A stretch of DNA of 64,000 nt from Candidatus Latescibacterota bacterium (GTDB lineage: Bacteria; Latescibacterota; UBA2968; UBA8231): positions 3,328,001 to 3,392,000 of the forward strand of contig OZ242214.1 in assembly GCA_965206595.1 (NCBI GenBank), given 5' to 3'. Of this stretch, positions 29,030 to 38,307 are shown piece after piece. The notes under the pieces are model-generated. The model worked only from the letters and a program-made list of their open reading frames with translations. It did no database searches and was not told the origin of the DNA. A program made the translations under genes and the position numbers. The first letter of the stretch is position 1; each line of letters starts with the position of its first letter.

Positions 29030-29572
29030 GTGATAGTTCGTGTATCAGCGAAACTCGGGAAGAAGATCGACCTGATCCCGGACAGGATTCTTCCCTCCGG
29101 TCCCAATCCTTTCGCCGACTGGTCGGCGCACTTGTTTACGGCCGGCCGAATTCAGTATGTCCTGATTTCCAACACGGCATCCCTCTACTCCATGGTGATG
29201 TTTGGCAGAGGTGTGACCGATGATTGCCGCTTTTTGGATCGGATGACGAGCTGCATGGGTGAATTCCTTCGAGCAGATGACCACGAATTCATTTGGGAGC
29301 GGTTAATCATACCATGGGTCGATCACGTGAGCTTTTCCAAGGCACTAAACCGATCCGTGACTGGTTCAATGAACGAGCTTGTCTTCCAAGCTCAACATCA
29401 TCTAATCGGAGGTGCCATGTTGCCGTTGGATGTTTCGTTTCGCTTGAATGAAGTACCCCTATCGTGGTTGGAATACATCACCCCAAAAGCCTCCTTTCAG
29501 CACCTTGTTGTCCAAGGTGAAGAAATATCACAGCTTCCTAAACCCAGCAATCCCGGGGGGCACATTCTATAA
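29030..29572 (+). CDS. DUF6933-like hypothetical protein (cassette)
   Basis: I.R.S.KL.KK...DWSAHLF...R..Y.L..N..SLYS...K..NRSVTGSMNE; stop codon lies inside the following attC R''. Confidence 0.65.
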   Translation: MIVRVSAKLGKKIDLIPDRILPSGPNPFADWSAHLFTAGRIQYVLISNTASLYSMVMFGRGVTDDCRFLDRMTSCMGEFLRADDHEFIWERLIIPWVDHVSFSKALNRSVTGSMNELVFQAQHHLIGGAMLPLDVSFRLNEVPLSWLEYITPKASFQHLVVQGEEISQLPKPSNPGGHIL

Positions 29573-29649
29573 CACCGTGCCCCCAGCTTCGGGGCTAAAG
29601 CCCCTTTCGCCCAATCTCTGTGCGGTTCGAGGGCACTTTAATGTTAGGG
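29567..29649 (+). repeat. attC site of a different sequence type
   Basis: CTATAAC-ACC-GTGCCC...GGGCAC-TTTAAT-GTTAGGG. Confidence 0.6.
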
Positions 29650-29923
29650 GGAAACGTTATGTTGAAACCGGAAGAGAGATCCGAATTCAACTTTCTTGGT
29701 TATCTCCGTCTTCGCGGCGCGATACCAATACCAGAAGGAGACGTTTAACTGGTGGGTGACCGGATATGGGAAGACCTGAAGGAGCGGTGTGGGGCGCTTC
29801 GGAGTGATTCAGCGACTCGGCCTACGATCTGCGCTCCGCTTCCGCAGGTTCCAAGCCGGCGGAAACGTTAGGCGAGCATGCTGGCCTGGAGTGGCTACTT
29901 AAAGAGAATCGGGTGCAGAACCA

Positions 29924-30588
29924 ATGGCTAATGCCAGATATGATGGGCTGGCAGAGTGGTACGACGACTTCCTGAAGCAGTCTCTCTACGATGGCGTACT
30001 GAGCACGTTTGCCGCCTTGCGGGTTCAGGAAACGGGCTTTGTATTGATGCCGGCTGTGGAACCGGGACGCACCTTGGCCTGCTGGCGTCACGGGGATGGA
30101 CCGTGGTCGGAGTTGATGTCTCATCGGATCAACTGAGACTGGCGCGCAGGCGATGGCATGCTCTGGTGCAGGGCGATGCCGGACGGATGCCGTTCCATGA
30201 CGCTTGTGCTTCGCGGGTAGTCTCGGTTCTGACGCTCACTGACTTCGATGATGTGGATCCCTTCTTTCACGAAGCGAAGCGCATCCTCTCTCCCGATGGC
30301 CTTCTCGTGGTGATCTCAGTCCATCCTTGTTTCGTGGGTCCTTTTGCCAGGATGGAGGGAGGCCCTGACGGTGTGGCTATGGTGTATCCAGGCTACTGGA
30401 TTACCGGGCGAGTGTTCCAGGGTCCAGGAATTGGCCCGGGGGTTCGGTCGCGTGTTGGCGTACGCCATGTTCCTCTGTCTGAGTTGCTGAACAAGCTATT
30501 ATCGTCGGGTCTTCAGTTAGAACGTGTGGAGGAACTCGGAGAGGGAACCGTGCCTTGGCTGGTGGCATTCAGGGCTAAAAAACCATAG
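29924..30588 (+). pseudogene. Class I SAM-dependent methyltransferase, frameshifted near 30000
   Basis: ARYDGLAEWYD in one frame, then IDAGCGTG..VVGVDVS..QL..A, GDA..MPF, HPCF in another; preceded by AAAC-GTTAGGC core at 29867. Confidence 0.8.
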
Positions 30589-30700
30589 CCGGAAACAACG
30601 CAACTGGTTTGTGGGGAATGGGTATCTGGAGTGAACCTGGCAACGCCAGCACGGAGTCCCAATTCCGTGATCTGGATGTTTCCTGGGCCCGACCTGACAA

Positions 30701-31351
<651 letters not shown>

Positions 31352-31359
<8 letters not shown>

Positions 31360-31540
31360 TTGGCGGCGGCACTGGCTCCCCTCGCTCCTCAAGACTTTCA
31401 ATGTATAGGGAAATGGTTTCTTTGATGTTTGTGAGCGCTTCGTCACGTGAAACGCCCTGAGAAACGCAACCGGGGAGGGAGGGAACCTCGACGACGAACA
31501 CGCCATCTTCATCTACTTCCACCAAGACTGGGTAGATCAC
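31352..31540 (-). CDS. hicB: Short HicB-family antitoxin (orphan)
   Basis: YPV.VE.DEDG.FVVEVPSLPGCVSQG..R.EAL.NIKE.I.LYIE.L...GEPVP; GGAGG RBS. Confidence 0.8.
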
Positions 31541-31815
31541 TTCGCCTCCCTTGTCATTTGATAAACCCGTAAGTTGGTCGGCATTGACTCCCAATACGCA
31601 CCATTGTTGTCGGGGGTGAGACAAACAATGACAAATTTCGCGTCCCGACCTGGCCTTAATGATATTGACGGTAACACCTGCCCTGCCGATATCACCAAAA
31701 TTAACGAGATCATACCGTATATAATCATTAAAAGCCGGCTTCACAACCTCCTATGATTGGCTTCAGATCGGCTTCAGAAATTGAATGGCGAGAGTCCGAT
31801 TTGATCTCCCATCGA

Positions 31816-33438
31816 TCATTCTACAAGTACTCTGTCTGCAAAGTCTTTCGGAGCGGAGTATTCCTTCTCGCCAATCCCAAAAAGGGCGCTGCCCCAAAAC
31901 GGATGCCGGTCCGAGGACCAATCCTGCCAACCCATTTGATCAATCATTGCTCGTGTCACCATTTGATTCCCGATGTTGGAGCAAAAAGTCGGTACAAGAT
32001 CTAAGGAAGGAAAGAATTCGTAAAATTCCCGACATTGGTCAAAAAACAAGCAATCGCCAAACATAAAAGTTTTTTTCGCCTTGTATTTCAGGCGTAGTGA
32101 TGCTTCGGGGACTACATGGTGTGGAAATCCATACGTCCCCAAGACTCCGTTTATAAGTAAATTGGGAAAAGGGATGTCGCAATAGAATCCACGCTCAATA
32201 TCGAACCAGGAATTTTGGATCGCCACAAGGAGTTTTTCACTCGCTATATCCCAGTGACCATTGGCTACTGACTCAATAGCGAGGGCGGCGGGTAGCAAAT
32301 CAGTAAGTCGTTTGCCGTTTATTTCATAAGTCCGCAGAATAGGTGTCACGGGGTCAGTGCCCAACATTGCCTTAGACTCAGTAAAAAAAACATAAAGGGG
32401 GTAGCTGTTTGGGACGATATCCCAAGTTTGGCGTTCCAAGGACTTGATAACCCATTCCTGGAACGAAGTGCCGGAGGGTGGCCCGCTCTTCGGTCGGAAA
32501 ATGAGATCTAGTGTATCCTTTAATTTCGATAAACTAATGCCAAAAACTCTCTCAAATACAGAATTTATCGATAAAGCCCGACAACTTGGAATAATGTATC
32601 TTGCAATATCTACGGTAAAACGGGTAATAAAATCGGAATAAAACGGTTCTATATTTTCCCTACAAATCCTCCTTAGAGGTTCTCCTTCATAAGCCAGTTG
32701 GACGGGGTCCAATCCTGACTCCCAAAGAGCCTTTGGTACACTTCGATAACGGGCCATGAAGTAAGCGGAGGTTAAGGCTGCATACTGTTCCAAGGCGTCA
32801 GGCTTAACTTCAGAATAATTCGTAATCAAGGCGGATAGCGGTGCTAACCGCTGATGGGTTAGCGCTTCAAGGAGCGGGCCAAGCGTATTCGGTCTTCCCC
32901 CCATAAACCGGCCACATACGTCGAGGTATACGATATCGAAAACGGTTGGTACTTGTCGGAAGAATTCCGCCAGTTCGCCTTGATGTAGTCTGATACCACT
33001 GCCCCGCTCTTTAATTCTCTCAAGGGCGACACGATAATGGGAATCCTTGCTCTCGATTGCCCAAATATTCTCTGGGAGTACCCCGCAATCAAGAAAGACC
33101 CCAAGATCATTCTCGGGAGACGGGCCACATAGGTAGAGAACCCGGAGTTCGCTTGCGTCCTTCGGTTGGTGATGGCTTTGGATAAGGGATCCCCAATTAT
33201 CCAGTCGTACTTGGGTCGCTTCCAACACCCCGTCCCGAACTTTATTTTTCCCGTATTGTTTCAGGTAGAGAGCGGCATCGAATGCAACCTTCCGAACAGA
33301 TTCTTCTCGGAGAATCCGAGACGATTCTCTGTCCTTCGTTAGGACCCTTACCGCATGTCGAAGAAGGAGGTTCCTTGCCTCGATCTTCTCTGGTTCCTGG
33401 TACATCCAATTCTTCCTGATGAGGGTTCGTAAGGGCAT
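31816..33438 (-). CDS. Hypothetical 540-aa protein with a divergent SAM-methyltransferase-like core
   Basis: Long low-GC ORF with LRVLYLCGP, IWAIES and FDIVYLDVCG at Rossmann-like spacing; alternative start 33405. Confidence 0.6.
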   Translation of the reverse strand: MPLRTLIRKNWMYQEPEKIEARNLLLRHAVRVLTKDRESSRILREESVRKVAFDAALYLKQYGKNKVRDGVLEATQVRLDNWGSLIQSHHQPKDASELRVLYLCGPSPENDLGVFLDCGVLPENIWAIESKDSHYRVALERIKERGSGIRLHQGELAEFFRQVPTVFDIVYLDVCGRFMGGRPNTLGPLLEALTHQRLAPLSALITNYSEVKPDALEQYAALTSAYFMARYRSVPKALWESGLDPVQLAYEGEPLRRICRENIEPFYSDFITRFTVDIARYIIPSCRALSINSVFERVFGISLSKLKDTLDLIFRPKSGPPSGTSFQEWVIKSLERQTWDIVPNSYPLYVFFTESKAMLGTDPVTPILRTYEINGKRLTDLLPAALAIESVANGHWDIASEKLLVAIQNSWFDIERGFYCDIPFPNLLINGVLGTYGFPHHVVPEASLRLKYKAKKTFMFGDCLFFDQCREFYEFFPSLDLVPTFCSNIGNQMVTRAMIDQMGWQDWSSDRHPFWGSALFGIGEKEYSAPKDFADRVLVE

Positions 33439-33648
33439 CGGCCGTTTGACCAGCGCAAAAAGCTGGATTCTGCCGGAGAAACGGGCGATTGGGGGTCCCG
33501 TGTGGTCAACATCTCGATTTAGTTACTCAACCCGAAAGTTTGAAATAAGCCTGCTTTAAAAACTGATGAATCGGCAACTCCGCGTTGTTTTCTCACGGAG
33601 AACCGAAAAACTTCTTGGCTCAGCATCATACCTTGGAGGTGAAGTAAC

Positions 33649-35508
33649 CCCTTGTTATTCATGGAATTTTAGTGGAGAGGGCTGTACTGGGTGCCTCCCA
33701 TGCTTAGATTTCAGAGGGAAACACAAGGCAGTATCGCCCTTTGAACCCATCACACAGTAGGACACCCAATGGGTGAATTACCGTCACACACCGAGTCCGA
33801 GCAAGCCGGGCCGATTCAGCCGTCTTTCAACCGCTCCATCCACATCGAAGCCCGCCCCACCCACCTTGGCAGCGACACCGGTGCGCTGATGTTGCGTCAA
33901 CTGCTCGAACACAGCCGGGTTCTGGATTGGGTCGACGCCCACTTCGAGGATCTCCGTACCCAAGACCAGATCACGCACCCGCTGCCGGAGCTGCTGCGCA
34001 CACAGATCGTGCTGCTGGCACAGGGCTGGACCCACGCCGCCGACGCCGACGCGTTGCGCCAAGATCCGATCCTGCGTCTGGCGGTCAGCGATCGCAAAGG
34101 GCAGGCGCCGTTGCGCAGCGGCGACGAAGACCGGCCGCAGGGACTGGCCAGTCAGCCGACGCTGTCGCGCCTGCTCGAGCAAGCCTCGACTGCCTATAAC
34201 CGCGAGGTGTTGGAGGAAGCCGTCCTGCGCAGCGCCCGGTCTCGTTGCCGGCTGCTGGAAGGACGGATGAAATACGAGGAGTTGGCCGTCGACATGGATG
34301 CCCTGCCGATGCCGGCGCACGGGCACCAGGCGGGGGTCGAATACAACGGCTACTTCCACGCCTCGGGGTACCATCCCCTGCTCCTCGGCTCGGCGCAGAC
34401 GGGCGATTTCTTCGGTGCCGTGCTGCGGCCGGGCAACGTGCACGCCCATGAGGGCGCCTCAGAGGCTCTCGGCAAGCGCTTGGACTGGATTCAGTCGCAT
34501 CTGGCCCGGCGCCTCATCCTGCGCTTCGACGCGGCCTCGGTGAGCGGGTCTTTCCTGAGTGAGCTGGAAGCGCGGGCCGACACCTCGTACGTGGCGCGCA
34601 TCAAGAAGAATGCGCGCCTGGAGGAGCTGGCTCGTGCCTGGGTGGAAGGCTATCAGCAGGAGCTGGCGCAGCACCCGGAAGAGCTGCGGGAAGAGGGTTT
34701 TCGCTGTCGCGAGCTGCGCTATCAAGCCAGGTCCTGGGCGCAGCCCCGGCGGGTGGTGTTGGTCCTGGTCCCTTCCGAGACGGAAGAGCTGCCCATCGCC
34801 CGCCACTTCTTCCTGATCACCGACCAGAGTCCCCAGACGATGAGCGGCCGCGACCTGGTCGCCTTTTATCGTCAGCGCGGCCTTTTCGAGCGCATGCTCG
34901 GCGAGTTGAGCTCCACCCTCCAGCCTCAGCTCTCCTCTACCACCCGTCGCAAGCAACACTACCGGGGTCGAGAGCCGCGTCAGCGCACCCCGTCCCGGGA
35001 TGCCTTCGCTGCCAACCAGGCGCTTCTGACCTTGAACCTGCTGGCCTACAACCTGCTTCACCTGGGCCGCCAGGCCGCCGAACGCGCCGAGGCCCGACGC
35101 GGGCGGCCCCGCACATACGGACGCTCGACGACGGCCCTGAGCCTGGACAGTTTTCGACGGCGCTACCTGCGCCTGCCGTCCCGCGTCACCTTGCATGGGC
35201 GCAGGGTGGGCGTCATCCTGACCCAAGGGACGGCGGCTGCCTGGGATCGTCTGTGGAGATTTCTGGCCACGCTCAAACCGGTGGACGCGGCGATGGCGTA
35301 AGCGCAGGCCGGGTCGGTCGGGATGATGGGCTCGCAAAGGCAAGCGTCTTCGAGAAGGCGCGTACAATTTCAACAAGGTCGGTAGAGATAAGGAGACGGC
35401 TCTACCCAAAAAGCCGACTATAGAAGGGACGCAAGCCTCTGAGGCTAAGCAAAGGGGTCTCGGAAGCGCCTATGTCCGCTTATGCGCGGGTTGAATGAAT
35501 AACAAAGG
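33649..35508 (+). mobile_element. IS1380-family insertion sequence
   Basis: IRs CCCTTGTTATTCAT (33649-33662) and ATGAATAACAAAGG (35495-35508), 13/14 match. Confidence 0.88.
33769..35301 (+). CDS. IS1380-family transposase
   Basis: SD.G..LR, DAD.LR.DP, LASQPTLSR, VDMD...HG.Q.G..YNGYF....YHPL, LRPGN, LRFDA, FY.QRG..E. Confidence 0.92.
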   Translation: MGELPSHTESEQAGPIQPSFNRSIHIEARPTHLGSDTGALMLRQLLEHSRVLDWVDAHFEDLRTQDQITHPLPELLRTQIVLLAQGWTHAADADALRQDPILRLAVSDRKGQAPLRSGDEDRPQGLASQPTLSRLLEQASTAYNREVLEEAVLRSARSRCRLLEGRMKYEELAVDMDALPMPAHGHQAGVEYNGYFHASGYHPLLLGSAQTGDFFGAVLRPGNVHAHEGASEALGKRLDWIQSHLARRLILRFDAASVSGSFLSELEARADTSYVARIKKNARLEELARAWVEGYQQELAQHPEELREEGFRCRELRYQARSWAQPRRVVLVLVPSETEELPIARHFFLITDQSPQTMSGRDLVAFYRQRGLFERMLGELSSTLQPQLSSTTRRKQHYRGREPRQRTPSRDAFAANQALLTLNLLAYNLLHLGRQAAERAEARRGRPRTYGRSTTALSLDSFRRRYLRLPSRVTLHGRRVGVILTQGTAAAWDRLWRFLATLKPVDAAMA

Positions 35509-35517
35509 ATATCATAT

Positions 35518-35597
35518 CCATTTACGCTACGGGGCATTCGCCCCTTGGCCTTCGGCGCCCCGCTTACGCGGGGTCGTAAATGGTGAGAACGTTATAC
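35518..35597 (+). repeat. attC-family site next to the IS1380 right end
   Basis: CCATTTACG...CTTGGCCTTCGGC...CGTAAATGG-TGAGAAC-GTTATAC. Confidence 0.7.
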
Positions 35598-35631
35598 GAA
35601 AGAGCACAGAAAACCTGCCTCACATGGAAGC

Positions 35632-37698
35632 ATCTATATATCCGTCCAATTTTCCCATGGGGAGGAGACATGGTACGACGCCAGGATGCGAATTCGCGGC
35701 GACAGTTCACGGGAACTTGAGAAGAAATCCCTCAAGATATGGTTTCCCACGAGGTCCTTCCTCGACGGGAGTGAAAAATTAAATTTTAACGCGGAATATT
35801 TGGATAGAAGCTATTTGCGCACAGTCCTGGCGAGCCGACTTTTCAGAGACACGGAACATCCTGGATTTCTGGCGGAGCATGCACGGGTTTTTCTCAACGA
35901 TGGATTCTTCGGCCTTTATGTCCGGGTAGAAAACATGGACAAGGAATTTTTGAGGCGGAACAATCTTAACACGGGCGGAAACCTGTACAAGGCCTATCTG
36001 GATGGAACCTCGTTGAGAATCGATGACGACGTCTCTTACCATTGGGAGAAGAAAACCAACGATGATGAAGATCGAAGTGATTTGCGAAATCTGATCTTTT
36101 TGCTCAACAATGTTCCCGACGTGGAGTTCTTGAATTTTGCCCGCGGTTATTTTCACTACGACAGGATGATTAATGTCATAGCTCTCAATATGCTCCTGGC
36201 AAATGGCAGTACCTACTACCACAACTATTACATGTTCCATGACACCAAGGGAGATGGGAAATGGTCCATGTTTCCCTGGGACACCGACCGCACCTTCAGG
36301 AACTACGGCGTAGACTATGCTTATCACCGCAGTTACCAGCCCCCCAGGCATCAGGGACGTTGGGACAATCCTTTTCTTGAACGAGCCCTTCAAAACGACA
36401 CCATATTTGCAGACATCCAGAAGCGCGTCAGGGAATTGAGTCTGACCCACTTCAATTCGGAATATCTTTTTGCGCTGATAGACAGCCTTCAGGCCGTACT
36501 CGCGCCGAGTGTCGTACTCGACAGCACGGACGATGTTACAAACCTGGCACAGTTGAGAAACCAGATAAAATCCGAGCGCGGCTACATACAGTCGCGCGCT
36601 CCCCGTCTCCAGGAGCAGTTCGAGAAATGGCCGTGCCCTTTCCAGATCCTGGGATTGCGCTGGATCGAAGAAACCCCCTGGTTGGTCTGGCAATCCTCGG
36701 AAAAATCCACCACCTCCACACTGAAGTACGGAAAGGAACGCACGCTCTCCGAGGATGGAATCTGGACAGTTGAAGGCTTGACCGACACAGCTTACGCCCT
36801 TCAACCGGAGCTACCCCCCGGGAGGTATTTCTGGAATGTAGAAGCCTTCAACAGCCACGGTTCCTTCGAGGCATATGACAGCAAAGCCACTTTCGTTCTT
36901 TCGAGGCACCGAGGGGGAATGCCCAAAATCAAAAATGTCGTAGTAATTAACGAATTGAACTATCGCTCCGCCGATGACTTCGACCCTGGTGACTGGATGG
37001 AGTTGTACAACCCTCAGAATCGGACAATCGATGTTTCAGGGTGGTATCTCAAGGATAACCGGGACGACCATACCTTCCTTATCCCCAATTCCACTTTTAT
37101 TGCCAGAAATTCCTACCTTGTCCTGTGTCAGGACCAGGACGACTTTCTGGCCCTATTTCCTAAAATCGGAACCTGTGCAGGAGACTGGGGTTTTGGGCTG
37201 GATCGCGCTTCGGAATCGGTCAAGGTCTTTAATTCCGAGGGGACGTTGGTAGACTCCGTTGCCTACAGTAACGAATTTCCCTGGCCCGTCGCGGCTGACG
37301 GGACCGGCTCAACTCTTCAGCTTATCAAGCCTGAATCGGACAATCGGTCCGCTGCCAACTGGGGGCCGTCCTCCGGACACGAAACCCCCGGACAGGCCAA
37401 TTATCCAATCCATCTGCCGGCAGGGGAGACCATAAGCAGTTACCCGAATCCCTTTAGTGAATCTACCACCATTATTTTTTTCCTTTTTGACGGGGCCCGG
37501 TGTTCTTTGGGTATTTTCGACATTCGAGGGGCCGAAATCATCAAGTTGGTGGACGAATGGAGATCCTCGGGGATTCACCAGGTTATCTGGGATGGACACA
37601 ATCAACGAAACGATCGAGTTGCCAGCGGCTTGTACATCGCTCACCTCCAAGGTCCTGAGGGAATTGGCGCGAGGCGGAAAATTATCATTGTCAGGTAG
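35632..37698 (+). CDS. CotH kinase + lamin-tail domain + FlgD-like/CTD protein, probably 5'-truncated
   Basis: RIRGDSSR..KKSLKI, LN.EY.D.S..R, GLYV.VE, HNYY, FPWD.D; VVINELNY..DWMELYN; YPNPF..T.I...WDG....VASG.Y. No signal peptide; in-frame stop at 35584. Confidence 0.85.
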   Translation: MYISVQFSHGEETWYDARMRIRGDSSRELEKKSLKIWFPTRSFLDGSEKLNFNAEYLDRSYLRTVLASRLFRDTEHPGFLAEHARVFLNDGFFGLYVRVENMDKEFLRRNNLNTGGNLYKAYLDGTSLRIDDDVSYHWEKKTNDDEDRSDLRNLIFLLNNVPDVEFLNFARGYFHYDRMINVIALNMLLANGSTYYHNYYMFHDTKGDGKWSMFPWDTDRTFRNYGVDYAYHRSYQPPRHQGRWDNPFLERALQNDTIFADIQKRVRELSLTHFNSEYLFALIDSLQAVLAPSVVLDSTDDVTNLAQLRNQIKSERGYIQSRAPRLQEQFEKWPCPFQILGLRWIEETPWLVWQSSEKSTTSTLKYGKERTLSEDGIWTVEGLTDTAYALQPELPPGRYFWNVEAFNSHGSFEAYDSKATFVLSRHRGGMPKIKNVVVINELNYRSADDFDPGDWMELYNPQNRTIDVSGWYLKDNRDDHTFLIPNSTFIARNSYLVLCQDQDDFLALFPKIGTCAGDWGFGLDRASESVKVFNSEGTLVDSVAYSNEFPWPVAADGTGSTLQLIKPESDNRSAANWGPSSGHETPGQANYPIHLPAGETISSYPNPFSESTTIIFFLFDGARCSLGIFDIRGAEIIKLVDEWRSSGIHQVIWDGHNQRNDRVASGLYIAHLQGPEGIGARRKIIIVR

Positions 37699-37791
37699 TC
37701 CACCGGGCAAGCAGCGGGGCCACGGTTGTCGAACTCATGATATGCTTGGTAACTGCGCGTATGCAGCTGCTGGCGTTGCGGCGCTGATTTA

Positions 37792-37812
37792 TGGTGGGCG
37801 ATGTCGGGCTCG
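37792..37812 (-). repeat. Duplicated tRNA-Val 3' end (att-like scar)
   Basis: TGGTGGGCGATGTCGGGCTCG matches 37905-37925 at 20/21. Confidence 0.8.
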
Positions 37813-37844
37813 TGTCCAAGATCGCGAATTCTTCTGAATTCGCG

Positions 37845-37878
37845 GCACCTGAGACGCCCACCGAGGCGTCTCAGGTGC
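37845..37878. terminator. 14-bp stem hairpin downstream of tRNA-Val
   Basis: GCACCTGAGACGCC-caccga-GGCGTCTCAGGTGC; no U-tract; a second hairpin lies at 37823-37844. Confidence 0.5.
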
Positions 37879-37904
37879 GCCGGGAGAAGAGCACGGCAGA
37901 GTGT

Positions 37905-37981
37905 TGGTGGGCGATGCCGGGCTCGAACCAGCGACCCCCTGCTTGTAAGGCAGGTGCTCTGACCAACTGAGCTAATCGCCC
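37905..37981 (-). tRNA. tRNA-Val(TAC)
   Basis: GGGCGAT acceptor stem, TAGCTCAGTTGG D-arm, CTTACAA anticodon loop, GTTCGA T-loop, encoded CCA. Confidence 0.97.
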
Positions 37982-38080
37982 CGGCGGAAGAAGGTAGAGG
38001 ATCATCTCCGGGGGGGCAAAGGTCCGCAGGCGGGGCGCCTCGAATCGGCCCCGCTTCTTTAACCCCGCGGTTTCCCAACA

Positions 38081-38110
38081 TTGACCGTCTCCAATCCCCC
38101 GGGTTATATT
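38081..38110 (+). promoter_or_regulatory. Putative sigma70 promoter for tyrS
   Basis: TTGACC-18-TATATT, followed by three GAAGTAACC repeats. Confidence 0.55.
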
Positions 38111-38246
38111 TGCACCCTCTGAAGTAACCTATGAAGTAACCGAGAAGTAACCGAAATCGGCAAAGCTTACAACGACAGCACGCGTTCACAGCGAGTATCG
38201 CTATACCTCCTGCAGGGGTTAGCGTCGCGTTGCGTCCAGCGTGTTC

Positions 38247-38280
38247 GAGCCCCCGATAAGATTTCGGGGGCTTTTTCTTT
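38247..38280 (+). terminator. Intrinsic terminator in the tyrS leader (attenuator)
   Basis: GAGCCCCCGA-loop-TCGGGGGCTT then TTTCTTT, ending 28 nt before the tyrS ATG. Confidence 0.75.
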
Positions 38281-38307
38281 GTACCTCAACCAACGGCATC
38301 AAGGCTT

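Noticed and set aside
31537-31744. hicA toxin upstream of the hicB at 31352-31540
   Set aside because: No frame shows the HicA GSH/VPxH motifs.
35410-35455. GGGACGCAAGCCTCTGAGGCTAAG resembling a c-di-GMP-I riboswitch
   Set aside because: The upstream GGCAAA/GAAA-tetraloop stem is missing, and it lies in the IS1380 3' region.
38110-38300. T-box riboswitch before tyrS
   Set aside because: No GGTGG.ACC T-box sequence or recognisable stem I motifs.
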